Shown: in pieces, positions 1 through 12,790 of the stretch
Layout of the letters: every line of letters starts with the position of its first letter
Numbering within the stretch: the stretch's first letter is position 1
Origin: Chrysemys picta bellii
Lineage: Eukaryota
Direction of reading: 5' to 3'
DNA length: 64,000 bases
NCBI RefSeq assembly: GCF_011386835.1
Contig: NC_088794.1
Span: forward strand, 65,596,001-65,660,000
Translations under genes and position numbers: made by a program
Notes under the pieces: generated by a model
The model's database searches: none
What the model saw: only the letters and a program-made list of their open reading frames with translations
Told to the model about the DNA's origin: nothing

Positions 1-1040
1 GGGGAAATTAATGTAAAAGGAGTTGCTTATAAAATACCAGTGGATGCTTTTGTTTGTGTATGTGTCTGGGGAGAGAGGGTTGTTTTTAAGGTGACCCCAT
101 CTGCTTAAGTGCACTGCATATTTATTTTAAAACCCTCATAAAAAAGATAAAATCCTGAATGCAAAAAGGCCTAAAAATGCATCTAAATTGAGAAACTGCA
201 GCCAATTGATTATTCAGCTGGCAAAATGGAAATTTCAAGTTGCATAGACTGCTAATTGTGGCCTGCCTATGGAATGACAGGTCTATAATTTTTAGTTTTG
301 TGCACATTCAAAGCCAGTCACCTTGACACTTAGCAGTCCATTATCTGCTGGCCACCAACCATATGATGATATTCAAAGAATGACAGGTCTCTTCCATTAT
401 AGAATGATAAAATGTGCCATGCTTTATTTGGATAAAGCTGTCTTCACAGACAGAACAAACCAGGTGCTTATCTGATCCCTACATGTGACAGTGACTCTGG
501 GGCACCTTGTACTACACAGGGTTAAGATTTTCTTTTGTTCTTCTGGGAAAAGATGAGTGAAATTGGCATCCTCCGCATTGCTTTCTAAACAGACAGGTCA
601 CTTGTGATTCACTTCTCTGGATTCTTTCAGTATTGAGCATTTTCACACAAGACAGATTGAGGGAAGCTCTGGGTTCCAGTTCATAGAACTAAATGATTCA
701 CAACCTGATGAGAAATGTTTTCTTTTCTTTTCCTTTTTTTTCTTTCTTTTTTTTCTTTTAAACGTTTTTATTGAGTATTTTGTATGAATAGAGAACAAGG
801 TCATGAAAAGTGTCCCAGGCGACACATTATTAGACAATAAAAATCAACAAACCAGGACAAATCAACAACAAACCAGGTCAGGACCCAGCATTTAACTCAA
901 ATTTAAACAAACAGAGCGCCAGATTCAGCTTGGGTTTATGTCAGTTTCTGCTGCACACACAAGAGTGCAGTGCCTGGTAAGTCTGTCAGTGGCACCTGGT
1001 AACAGAACAAGATGGCTGCAATCTCCCCAGTGCTATAGAG

Positions 1041-1172
1041 CAGTGGTTTTCAACCTGTGGTCCGTGGACCCCTTGGGGTCCACAGACTTAAGTCTAAGAT
1101 TTCCAAAGGGGTCTGCGCCTCCATTTGAAAATGTTTAGTGGTCCGCACATAAAAAAAGGTTGAAATCCACTA
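1041..1172. mobile_element. Short hAT-type MITE
   Basis: TIRs CAGTGGTTTTCAACC ... GGTTGAAATCCACTA; the target-site duplication is degenerate. Confidence 0.7.
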
Positions 1173-1257
1173 TTTTTAGAGGACAAGCACAGACTGAAAA
1201 GTGGGTGATGCCTGCTAGTGAGAGGTGTTGCCATTTTGACTGTGGGATTCTCTGATA

Positions 1258-2032
1258 CTGTAACTCCTCACTTAAGTCATCCCGGTTAACGTTGTTTCGT
1301 TGTTACGTTGCTGATCAATTAGAGAACATGCTCGTTTAAAGTTGCACAATGCTCCCTTCTAACATCTTTTGGCAGCCGCCTGCTTTGTCCACTGCTTGCA
1401 GGAAGAACAGCCCGTTGGAGCTAGCTGGTGGGGGCTTGGAACCAGGGTGGACCAGCAGCCCCCTTATCAGCTCCCCGCTTCCCTAAGTTCCCTGTGCAGC
1501 AGCCACCCAGCAGGCTATCAATTGCTGGCAGTTCAGCTGTCCCTCCCCCCACTGCCTCTGCATTGGAGCTGCTCCCTGGAGCCTCCTGCTTGCTGTGAAG
1601 GGCGGGGAGGAAGAGAGGGGCTAATGTCAGGGTGTCCCCCTCCCTCCTGCTCCTGCACCCCGGTTACCCCATCTTCCATAGAACAGGGGGGACACACGAC
1701 AAGGCTCAGGACGGAGGGAGCTTCCTGGCAGCAGCTGCTATCTCAGCTTGCTGATCTACTTAAAAAGGCAGTGTACTTAGAGTGGGGTCAGCGTACTTAA
1801 AGGAGCAATGTGTATCTCTCTCTCACACACATGGTGTGTGTCTCTGTCTCCCATGCTGTCTCCCCTCCCTCCATTCGTGCTGCCTTAGGGCTCAGCCAAC
1901 TGCTAGTTCATCATTTAGCAGTAAGGCATTACCTGGGAAATATCCCTCTGACTTCACCGTCTCAACCAAGCTTCACAATCATCATCGCTGTGTACCAGTA
2001 TTAAATTGTTTGTTTAAAACTTATACTGTGTG
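1258..2032 (+). mobile_element. Tc1/mariner (Tigger/pogo-like) non-autonomous element, right end missing
   Basis: Begins TA|CTGTAACTCCTCACTTAA, resembling the C(A)GTAACTCCTCACTTAA end I recall from turtle Tigger-like elements. Interrupted by a hAT MITE and a (TG)n tract. Confidence 0.55.
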
Positions 2033-2325
2033 CAGGGGTGGCTCTATGTTTTTTGCCGCCCCAAGCACGGCAGTCAGGCGGCCTTCGGCGGCGTTTCTAC
2101 GGGTGATCTGCCGGTCCCACAACTTCAGTGTACCCTCCGCTGAATTGCCGCCGAAACCGCGGAACCAGCGGACCTCCTGCAGAAATGCCTCCGAATCCGC
2201 GTGACCGCGGATGGCACACCACTGAAGGCCGCCTGACTGCCGCCCTCACAGCAACCAACAGGACGCCCTCCACAGCTTGCCACCCCAGGCACGTGCTTGC
2301 TGCACTGGTGCCTGGAGCCGCCCGG
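2033..2325. mobile_element. GC-rich hAT MITE with perfect 8-bp TSD
   Basis: Ends CAGGGGTGGCTC ... GAGCCGCCCGG. TSD ACTGTGTG at 2025-2032 and 2326-2333. Confidence 0.85.

Positions 2326-2327
<2 letters not shown>

Positions 2328-2386
<59 letters not shown>
2328..2386. repeat. (TG)n microsatellite
   Basis: About 29 uninterrupted TG units, continuing from the right TSD of the hAT MITE. Confidence 0.98.
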
Positions 2387-2388
<2 letters not shown>

Positions 2389-4778
2389 TTCTGTTCTGGC
2401 TCCAAAGGTTTTGTCTCAAGCCTAACTCTCTAGTTTCAGTAAATAACCAGGCATAACTCAGTTACTTTACCTGAGGTTTGATTTGAGAATTCTGTACAAC
2501 CCATTCAACAGGAAAACTGTTTTAGAAATATTTTAGGGGGTTTTAGTGAGACACTAGTACCATGTTTGTATCTCTCTGCCTATAACTCCAAGGCTGCCTT
2601 ACTCACTGTAGGCCTGATCCAACACCCACAGAATCAGAATCAGTGGGTCAGGCTGTATAAGCCCAACTGAATGCAGACAGAGAAAAACTTTCAATAATAT
2701 ATTTTAGAAATCTCTAAAAATGACCTAAAATGGATTTTCTGTACAAAATAAAATTGCAGATTTAAGGTCCGGTACCTTCTAACCTGAGCTAGAAACAATA
2801 GCCTTATACTTCAGGAAAGGAGGATTCCTGGCTTTGAAAATGATACCCAGCTTCCATTTCAATGTGAGATTTTATACCATAAACTCCGCACTCAGCCAGG
2901 ACTGAGTACTGAAAGCTAGAGTAATTTGAAGGGAAAAATCCACATTATTCTTGTAAGTTTTTTGTTTTTAAGAAATATTTGTGTATAATATATTGCATAC
3001 ACACAAATACCCCCCTTTTAGATTCTAATGTGTAGATCTTGTACAGTACACTCCACATACCTTAACTCTAGAGAATGGACTAATGGAGAGAGAGTGCTCT
3101 AAACCGAATAATCCTGAGATTCTCATCTATTCCTTATATGCTACAATAGCACTAACACACCTTTTACGCCACAGGATGGCTTGCACTCAGGGAATTGTGT
3201 TTCATCCAATTTTCTTACAAATAATGAACAAGTTCTATCAGGTTTATTGGCACTATCTTTGTGCACACTTTTTTGGTGTAAATTATTTATTCTATTAATT
3301 TAACTGCAAACAGTCATGGACCGTGAGCTTACTGTGGCAATTTCATACACATTGGTTGTAGGTTAATTATTTAAAGATTGAGATATGTGTGGTAATGCCA
3401 AATAAGTGCCGATCTTATCAGTGAAAAAAATTGGATGCTTCTAGGTTTTTCCAGACTTCAGATCATGCAGCCATTATATGATGCCTACTAAGTTCTGTGT
3501 GTTATCACAAAAGAACACAAATGTGGTTTGAGATAGTGCAGGAGTTAACCCCTTTGGTTCCCATTATTTCCTCGGCTGACAAAGAGCTTTGATCCTTGTA
3601 AATCAGCTGGCCAGAGCATGCAAATCTACAAATAGTGTTGCTGTAGTAAAGGGGATGGTGCATGCTGCTACTGGACATATATGTTATGAGATGTTCCAGT
3701 GCTTTAGATGTGTTGAGCATGTTGAAACTTGCATGCCTAAGAATAAGCACCCAAATCCATGTTTAGGCACCCCCCAAAATGGTCTGATATTCCAGAGGTG
3801 CTGAGCCCCCCAAAAAGACAATGGAATGTGTGGGAGCCCAATACTTCTGACAACCGAGCCACGTTTATTTGGATATCTCAATATGGATTTTGATGTCCAA
3901 AAGTTTGAAAAATTTGGGATTTGAGTATAATTAGATATCTTGAACTCCACATAAGATTGATATTCAGTGTTAGTAACATAGAAAAATTGCACAGTATTCC
4001 ATTCCTACATCACTGACAAAACCTCATTCTCCATCAACATGTGGGTTACTCAGCTCGCAACAGGAAACTTTAACAGTTCACTTGAGGTAGTGCGACTCCG
4101 ATTAGCATGGGCAGGGAATGAGTCTAAAGAGAGATCACCATCTCCAGCGAGGATAGAACGTTGATGTTACAGCAAAGCTGCTCCCTTTCTGTCATCTCTT
4201 TTTCTGCAATAATATTACTGCCCTGTGCTGCACCATACCGTTACACACCTCACACTATTTTCAAACCAGGTCTTCAAAAGGGCTAGAAACGCTACTTTTG
4301 ATTCTCAGTATATTTTATATCCAGTTTCTGCATGACAACATTTAGAGCATTTTTTAAAGCTGCAATTACAATTTTTAGAGTTTTATTTATCAGACTATAT
4401 TTGAGCTTATGCCTAGGCTGTGACCACCTGATTCTGTTATAGCTGTTATAGTTCCTATGATGGGTGGTCCCAGCTCAAGCCAGCCAGGAAAAACACTGGA
4501 TTAGTGCATCTCCTAGGAAACTACACTGACGGAACTCCCATGTAGCACCAGCCCAGACTGTAAGCCTTTCTTTCTTCTCTCCTTCCATAACCTTCAGCAA
4601 GATCCTTTCTTGTTTCATAACCTCCAACAGGCCCACTATTCTTACCTCAAGCCTGTGCCTTCTCTGTAACCTCACAGTCATCACCACCACTGCAACCTCA
4701 GTGCAACACACTGTTTTTTGTCATCTTAAATGCACACATGTATGACATACCATGTTGGAAACTTCACTGCAGGCAGGG

Positions 4779-5866
4779 TGTAATGATGCTGCCCTTGGTG
4801 GGATACATCTGAGAGTCTCAATTCAGGACAAATTGATTAAAGCAGGGCAGTTACAGCCCAAGGCTGGGGTTCCTGTGCACACCAAGGCAAACCAAACCAG
4901 CCAAACAGAGAAGACTTTGGCTTTACCCCACTGGCTAACTATAAGTCACACAAGCGATTCCCTTAGAGACTCCAGTTTCCCAGTATCACCACCAGTGCCA
5001 CTCGTTATGGGGATGAATGGTTATGAAAACCAATACCCCAGTAATAGAAAAAAGATTCTCCCGATCCCAAAAGACCAAGCCCCAGACCCAGATCAATATA
5101 CAAGTCAGATCTTACCCACAAATCACGCTGTTGCCAATCCTTTAGAATCTAAAATCTAAAGGTTTATTCATAAAAGGAAAAAGATATAGATGAGAGCTAG
5201 AATTGATTAAATGAATCAATTACATACAGTAATGGCAAAGTTCTTGGTTCAGGCTTGTAGCAGTGATAGAATAACTGCAAGTTCAAATCAAGTTTCTGGA
5301 GTACATCCACAGCTGGGATGGGTCATTCCGTCCTTTGTTCAGAGCTTCAGTTTGTAGCAAAGTTCCTCCAGAGGCAAGAAGCAGGATTGAAGACAAGATG
5401 GAGGAGATGCAGCAGCCTTTTATAGTCTCTTGCTTTCTTTGTTCCAAAGACAAACTATCCAGCACATGGCATGGAAAAACCTTAGAGTTCTGTCCATAGG
5501 CATGTCCCTGCATTCCTTGCTGAGTCACAAGGTGTATCTGCCTTCTTTCAATGGGTCAGTTATATAGCTGATGGTCCTTAATGGGCCATCAAGCAGGCTA
5601 GGCAGTGCTGATGCCAAATTGTCTGGGGTGTCACCTAGAAGCACAGCACAAGTTTGAAATACAGCCAGTATAGAGCCAATACTTATAACTTTAAATACAA
5701 AAATGATACATGCATACAGATAGCATAATCATAACCAGCAAACCATAACCTTGTCTTAGACACCTTATTTGACCCCCCCTTTATATGAGATTTGGTGCCA
5801 CTACAGGACCTTGGTTGCAACAATGATCTATAATGTCGATATGTCGTTCCTGTCGATAACGTCACA
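4779..5866 (-). mobile_element. Solo LTR (ERV or Gypsy), about 1.09 kb
   Basis: TGT...ACA termini with 5-bp TSD CAGGG (4774-4778 and 5867-5871). On the minus strand there is TATAAAAGG (near 5420) followed by AATAAA (near 5165). Confidence 0.85.
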
Positions 5867-5882
5867 CAGGGCCCAGCTGGTT

Positions 5883-6449
5883 TCATAGAATCATAGAATC
5901 ATAGAATATCAGAGTTGGAAGGGACCTCAAGAGGTCATCTAGTCCAACCCCCTGCTCAAAGCAGGACCAATTCCCAGCTAAATCATCCCAGCCAGGGCTT
6001 TGTCAAGCCGGGCCTTAAAAACCTCCAAAGAAGGAGACTCCACCACCTCCCTAGGTAACGCATTCCAGTGTTTCACCACCCTCCTAGTGAAATAGTTTTT
6101 CCTGATATCCAACCTGGACCTCCCCCACTGCAACTTGAGACCATTGCTCCTTGTTCTGTCATCTGCCACCACTGAGAACAGCCGAGCTCCATCGTCTTTG
6201 GAACCCCCCTTTAGGTAGTTGAAGGCTGCTATCAAATCCCCCCTCATTCTTCTCTTCTGGAGACTAAACAATCCCAGTTCCCTCAGCCTCTCCTCATAAG
6301 TCATGTGCTCCAGACCCCTAATCATTTTTGTTGCCCTCCGCTGGACTCTTTCCAATTTTTCCACATCCTTCTTGTAGTGTGGGGCCCAAAACTGGACACA
6401 GTATTCCAGATGAGGCCTCACCAATGCCGAATAAAGGGGAACGATCACG
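5883..6449 (-). mobile_element. 5'-truncated CR1 LINE, 3' end with open ORF2 C-terminus
   Basis: ORF 5978-6475 reads [46 protein letters not shown]...[13 protein letters not shown], the typical CR1 ORF2 C-terminus, followed by an (ATTCTATG)3 tail. Confidence 0.97.
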
Positions 6450-6550
6450 TTTCTAGTCCCTCTGCTGAGAAGCACATGACATGACCAATTTACATCATGT
6501 ATGCCCCATTATGCTCCTCCCTTAGAGACATTAGAGTGATCTGAAGGATT

Positions 6551-6690
6551 AAACTGAAGGCTGGGAGTCTGGAATGCCTCAGTTCTAGTTCCAGATCTGT
6601 CACGGATTCACTGTGTAACTGGGCAAGTCAAACCAAGCTTCTGTCAGTTTTCCAATCTGTAAAATGAGGATAATAAATAATACCTACTTA
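6551..6690 (+). mobile_element. MIR / CORE-SINE fragment
   Basis: GGGCAAGTCA...TCAGTTTTCCAATCTGTAAAATGAGGATAATA, the CORE motif. Confidence 0.75.
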
Positions 6691-7106
6691 ACACACTGAA
6701 TTTTGCAACCTTTATTTCCAGGGTGGCACATCTGTCTGTTGCCACTGTCCTACGATTTTAGTCCCCTGATTTAGTCTCAGTTTTTAATCCCCTAATTGCC
6801 TGTTCTGATACACTTTTCTTTAGTATTTTACTCCCTCCCCTGGGAAGTGTAAACACTTCATACATTTATCCCTCCCTCTTAGTGGAATTGATAATATTTC
6901 TCTCTCTCTCTAGTAATATCTTTTTCTGTTAATTATTTACCCCAGCCATCTTTCACTGGCCTCTTTCCCTTTTTGCACTTAAATTGACTTACCATGTATC
7001 GTAACCTATATGTTAATCTTTTCCCAGCTTTGCCTTTTTTAAAATCAGTGTAATGCTGTGAGTGGAAGTGGGCAGATCAGAGGTATCATTTCTAGTCTGA
7101 CAGTAA

Positions 7107-7597
7107 GGGTTGGTCTCACTGCAGTCACAGGATGCAGCATGTGTATACATACCTGAGTGAGTTTTAATATAGCTAGCTCAGGTACCAGAGCAGTGAAACC
7201 GCAGCAGCACACTTCAATGCAAGTATCAGGAGGTAGCCGTGTTAGTCTGTATCCACAAAAACAACAAGGAGTCCGGTGGCACCTTAAAGACTAACAGATT
7301 TATTTGGGCATAAGCTTTCGTGGGTAAAAAACCTCACTTTTTCAGATGCACCCACAAAAGCTTATGCCCAAATAAATCTTTTAGTCTTTAAGGTGCCACT
7401 GGACTCCTTGTTGTTTCAGTGCAAGCTGTACAAACTTGTCCGGAATCGTGGGTAATTACTCCTGCAGCTAGCCTGTGTGGAAGCCCATGCTGCCTTGGTT
7501 TCATTGCTCCAGTTTCTGACCTAGCTAGATTAAAGCTAGCACAGGTGTGTCAGTGCGAGCTGCAGTCATTCCCCGTAATTACAATGTAGACATTCCC
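7107..7597. mobile_element. PIF/Harbinger-type MITE (hosts a nested Penelope-like insertion)
   Basis: Ends GGGTTGGTCTCACT ... AATGTAGACATTCCC, with TAA on both sides. Confidence 0.75.
7224..7414. mobile_element. Penelope-like short insertion (direct part plus inverted part) containing a hammerhead-like motif
   Basis: GTAGCCGTGTTAGTCTGTATCC...GCATAAGCTTTCGTGGG...TTCAGATGCA followed by an inverted copy. TSD TTCA(A/G)TGCAAG at 7213-7223 and 7415-7425. Confidence 0.75.
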
Positions 7598-8212
7598 TAA
7601 GACATACTGATCTCCTGCTTTGGTGTTTTTTGAGCTCCCTGGTTCCTCTGAGATTTTTGCCCTTACACTTTTGTATTATGATGACAACCTCTCCCCAAAA
7701 AGAGAACTAATAAAACTCAGCACCCCAGCGAGAGGATAGAACTTTGGACAGTACATTGATAATGGAGTTGCTTTAGCAGTTATCCAGTCACGCAAGAGGC
7801 TAGAATTTGATGTTGGTCCATGGCCAACTTCTCAATAGAGATCCAATGGATGGATACTGAGGGCTTTCAAAAACTCACTTGGGTGGGGTAGAGGTAAACT
7901 TCCAGTAATGAGATTAAAGATTGATTCTGTCAACCTACATTTCATGGAGCTCTGGAAAATAAAACTAAAAGTCATGGAAGAAAGACTGCAATTGTTGGAA
8001 GCTTATGAGGAAGATTAGCTAGGACATGAAGGAAAGTATATAGCAGCTGTAATTAATGGAAATACTCCACTTTAAATATCATATGCCATTAGAATGTGTT
8101 AAAAAGCAAAAAGCTGCATTATTTAGAGTGTCCAGCAGGTATGGAGGAGGAAGAAGGCCACAAAGCAATTAATTGCAAATTTTCTTTAAATTATTTTAGT
8201 TGATCAGACTCC

Positions 8213-8639
8213 TGTACAGAGCCACAGCCAGGGCTTGGGCTGTAAGGCCTAGTGGGTGTAACCAGAGTCAGGCCTAGTTGGTAAGGCCAGAGCAAAGGGT
8301 CAGAGCCAGAATCAGAAGCCGGGAACCAGACCAAGCCGGGGTCGGAAGCGAGGAACCAGAGCCAAGGGTCAGAGCCAGAAACTCAAATAAGGCAAAGGAA
8401 CAGGGTCTGTCACCGTAGCTGGCAGGGGATCCACGTAGTTACACAGACAACTTCCTGATGCCCCTCCCATCTTAAGGAGTGCACCTGGACTAATCAGGGA
8501 TCCCGGGAGCACTGCCAATCAGGCCCTCTGTGGATGACCACACAGACTGCTACTTTGCCAGAGTTGTCAGGTAGTGATGTGGATGCGGCAGTCTTTCAGG
8601 GTCCAGCAGCCACAGGTTCTAGTCCTATGGAGCATCACA
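8213..8639. mobile_element. Probable solo LTR (Gypsy-like)
   Basis: TGT...ACA ends and an internal CAGAGCCAG repeat-rich segment. No clean TSD. Confidence 0.45.
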
Positions 8640-9519
8640 CAGTCCCTTTGCCTTATTCACAGGTCCATCCTGTTGGCTTGAAGCCCTGAATGTACTTATA
8701 GAAATGGAAACACGGATTGAAAAAGTCTTCAGAACTACATTATGATAAAAAATAATAATAATGTGGAGTTGATAGGATTATATGAAAGATTTGGAGCAAC
8801 TGGGAAATGTGCCCACTATCATTACTCTTTATAGACTTATTTTATTAAAAACTGGCTTTGAAGCCTGTGAACAGTAAAAAGGATTTTTTGTTTCCTCAGA
8901 ACATAAGAATATACACTTTGCTGACCTAGTAAACTGGGATGAAAGAAGAAAATTTCTTTAAATCTGACTTTCGAGGAGTAGGTAGTAGTACAAGATTAAC
9001 TTGATTATTTATCCTGCAAAGCTGAGAGCCCTGTATAAGGTGGGGGTGGGGTGGGGGGAGGAGCTATGCAAACTAATTATGAGTAAGGTATGATTTAGCA
9101 ATTTAGCTATTTTACCTGGATAGTGAGTTAGAGCAAGAATTGGAAGAGAATTCTTTAAAAACTGAAAAAAATCTTGAATGAGACAATGCAAATCTTGAAT
9201 ATAGGTCCAACATGAGAAGAAAACATTTATGCCAAGCAATAAAGTGATGCTTCATAGGACACTAAAAGCCTCAATGTTCTCAGGATTTTCAAGCATAGAA
9301 ATATTTATTTTACTGACCCTAGTATGGGCATCTTGGCTAGTCCAATGTTTAACTAGGATGTTTTGCTATAAATTCTATGATCTCTCTCTGGCTGTGAAAG
9401 AACCTAAGAGCAACTTACAGGCTATGAACTTGCATGTAGCACTAGAATTCCTCCTGTTTTTAAAGTGTTCCATTTCTGCTAAGTAAAATCTATTTATTCA
9501 TGCCTGAATATTGATAATA

Positions 9520-9858
9520 TACCAGAATTTTCAGAAGACTTCTTGATCCATCGCTAGCTTTGAGTACTCAGCAGCAGACCTCCCAGAGATCAACCACACA
9601 TCATATATCCATCTCCGCACTGGTTGACGTACCACCATTCCTGCCATGATAACCTTCTCAAGGTTATTTCCATCTCTACACCTAATGTGACCAAAGCACA
9701 TAAGTTTATGCATCTTGATTTCTGACAGCAGGGTCTGCTTCTCTCCAGTGATATTTCTAATATAAGTATTTGTCGTTTTCTATCCAGGAGGTACACAAAA
9801 ATCTTCCTTAGCAGCACATCTCAAAGGCTTCAGTTTTATTTTTGTCAGCAGCATTACT
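9520..9858 (-). mobile_element. RTE-clade LINE 3' fragment
   Basis: Frameshifted minus-strand translation NAADKNKTEAFEMCC...EKQTLLSEIKMHKLMCFGHIRCRDGNNLEKVIMAGMV...RRWIYDV matches the RTE ORF2 C-terminal pattern (IEAFEMWCWRR...KLxYFGH...LEKxIM.G). Confidence 0.8.
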
Positions 9859-9859
9859 T

Positions 9860-12790
9860 CTTCTTCGAATGCTTGCTTGTGTCCATTCCATGCTAGCTAG
9901 GTATGTGCCATGTGCACAGTTGCTGGAGATTTTTCCCTGAGTGATATCCCTAGGGTCAGCTCTAGCACCCTCTGGAGCCACACACATATGTGCCAGCGCC
10001 ACTGGCCCCGCATGCTCTCAGTTCCTTCTTACCACCCATAACAATTGCTGGAACAATCCTTCTTGCTGTGGCAAGGTTTCTTCCCCAATGGTTGGACTTT
10101 CTCTGTCATATTCTGTATAGTTATCATAGTTAGTGTATATAGTTCTTAGTTAGAGTTAGTATATATGTAGCGTTAATAGTTTTTCCTGTCGTTGGGGGAC
10201 TATTTGCCCCTGGGGCTGGGCATGCCCTGGGCTTCAAGCCGTGTGCCTCTTGCGGCAAGCTGATGCCATTTAATGACCCGCACACTAGCTGTCTAAAGTG
10301 TCTGGGGGAGTCTTATATCAAAGAGAAGTGCTAGATCTGTAGGACTTCAAACCCCATAACAGAAAGGACAGGGACATTTGGCTGAAATCCATTCTTATGG
10401 AGGCGGCCCTCAGACCAGCCTCAGAGCCAAGCCACTCCAAATTGGATCAGAGTACTTCAGTATCCGTGCGGAGTGCTCCTCTGGCACCATGTTCTTCACA
10501 GAATTCTCCAGTGCTGAAGAGAGACAAGCGGGGAGGGACTGATGCAGTGAGACTTGCATCAGGCCACTCATCCTCCCCTGAGCCACTGATGGCTTTGCAG
10601 ACTGCCTAGAGTGCTGAGTCCGGTATGGGACCCACCACCGACTCTCAGGAACAGCCAGGGGGCCATACGGTTGTAGGCCCCCTCGATACCAGAGGCCTTT
10701 CAGATGGCGAAGGATCTGCTGTCCTTCCCGATCCCACCAACCCCTCAAGGAACCCCGCCGGGTAGGGCGACATGGGTCAGAAGGGAACAAGGTCTGGCAA
10801 GCTCCATCCTGGTACTGACCACCGTGGCACTGTCTGGAGGCAAGTCCTCCATGGTACCAGTGCATCGGTCACCATCCCGGCACTGGTCTCCAATCTCTCA
10901 GCACCACCTGGTGGCAGAAGCAGGTACTGCACCGCCATGGTCTACAAGGGAAGAATATTCTTCGGAGGGCAAAGAGGAATCCTTCACTCCAAATCTCAAA
11001 GACCTACCCATCCTCCAGGCCTCCAGATTTTGGTACTGGTCCTTCCATGACACTTGGCTGCCAGGCCACTGGCCGATGCAGTGGCAGTACTGGAATCCCT
11101 GAGGGTTCCCCCCAGTACCAGCTCCCAACTTGTGGCTATCTTAGAGGAGTGCAAGACAGTGGCCAGGACCTCCCTTCAAGCAGCTCTGGATGCAGACAAC
11201 TTGGCAGCCTGGACTATGGCATTGGCAGTCACCATGAGGTGCTTCTCACGGCTTCAATCGTCTGGCCTTCCTCACAAGGTTCAGCAGTCTGTCCAGGACC
11301 TCCCTTTTGAAGGCTCCTCCCTGTTTTCCAATCAGACATACTCGAAGCTCCAGAGCCTCAAAGACTCAAGACCTACATTTATTCCTTAGGCCTTTACATG
11401 TTGCTAGCCTCCAGGAAGCTTTTCAGGCCCCAGCAGCCTCCCAGGTTCATGGCACCTGCCAGGCAGGAGCCCAACAGAAGAAAGGGGAAAGGTTATAAAC
11501 AATGACAACTCCACCCTTCTACCTCAGCCTCCCAGTCGGGCTCTCATAGATATTTCAGTGAGCCGAGCGGGCCTTTTGAAGATACGCCCAAGGGGGTTAA
11601 CCAGTCTCAACTCCAGATCCGACCCCATTTTTGTTTTTTGGACTACCTGTCACCCTTCAGTTTAGCGTGGTCATAGATAACATTGGACCATTGGGTACTG
11701 ACTACAGTAACAGTCAGTTAACCCTTCAAATTTCATCCATCCCTCCCAACCCCTTCCCCCGTTCCTCTTCAGGGACCCTTCTCACAAGCAGCTTCTCATT
11801 CAGGAGGTGCAAGTCCTCCTACATGTGGGGGCCATGGAGGCAGTTCCTCAAGACTTGAGAGGGGGAAGGGGTTTTACTCCTGATATTTCCTAATCCTGAA
11901 GGCCAAGGTGGTCTACAGCCTATCCTGGACCTGTGTCACCTCAAGAAATATCTCAAGAAACTGAGGTTCTGCATGGTCTCTCTGGCCTCCATCATTCTGC
12001 CCCCTCCTTCCCCTCTTCTCCCCACTCCCCCCCCCCTGAGCCAGGAGACTGGTACTCTGCCCTCAACTTAAAGAATGCCTATTTTCACATCTCTATTTTC
12101 CGCAGTCACAGAAGATTCCTCAGGTTCATAGTTGGGCAATGCCACTACCAATTCACTGCTCTTCCCTTCAGTCTATCAGAAGTCCCACAGGCCTTAATGA
12201 AGTATATGACAGTGGTGGCAGCCTTCCTCAGGCATTGAGGCATGCAAGTCTACCTGTATCTCGATGACTGGCTGATCAAAGTTCGGTAGCAGGCTCAGAT
12301 GTGGCACAGCATCTGCACAGTATGGGCCACCTTCCAGGCGCTGGGCTGTTGATAAATGAGCAGAAGTCAACCCTGGTCCCAATTCAGAGAATAAAGTTAG
12401 TTGGGATAGCGCTCAATTTGACCCGGGCCAAAGCTTCCCTACCGGAAGCCTGTTTCCAAGCTATGTCGGACCTGATTTCCAAGGTCACAGTCCACCCACT
12501 AATGATCACTCAGGTCTGTCTTAAGCTGTTGGGTCACATGGCAGCATGTACCTACCTGCTGCCACTCACAAGACTACACCTCAGACCTCTTCAGATGTGG
12601 CTGGCGTCAGTCTACTCCCCGAACAGATACCACCTGGACTCAATAGTCACGAATCCGCCTCCAGTCCTCGCTTCACTGGCCTGGTGGAGAGACCCAAGAT
12701 CTGCAATGAAGGGGTACCCTTTGTTGCCCCTCATCTGTCAGTAACCTTAGTCTCGGACACGTCAGACCTGGGATGGGGAGCCCACCTCGA
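9860..12790 (+). mobile_element. DIRS-type (tyrosine recombinase) retrotransposon, decayed and 3'-truncated
   Basis: Starts TTCTTCGA...GTCCATTCCA. ORF1 Cys/His motif GFKPCASC...DPHTSCLKCL near 10210. RT fragments DWYSALNLKNAYFHI...HYQFTALPF and YLDDWLI (near 12255), then RNase H start SDTSDLGWGAHL. Multiple stops and frameshifts. Confidence 0.88.
11870..12790 (+). pseudogene. Disrupted DIRS reverse transcriptase / RNase H
   Basis: ORF-track fragments 11933-12238, 12301-12744 and 12546-12917 carry DIRS RT and RNase H motifs in different frames. Confidence 0.8.

Noticed and set aside
1369-2405. Several 60-143 aa ORFs
   Set aside because: They lie in non-autonomous DNA elements and a (TG)n tract, with no transposase motifs.
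4752-5159. 135-aa ORF
   Set aside because: It lies almost wholly inside the solo LTR, antisense to it, with no recognisable domain.
9038-9062. G-rich tract with G-quadruplex potential
   Set aside because: It is a short low-complexity run with no context suggesting function.
10903-10920. CTCF-like CCACCTGGTGGCAG
   Set aside because: It is an imperfect match inside DIRS coding sequence and is expected by chance in GC-rich DNA.
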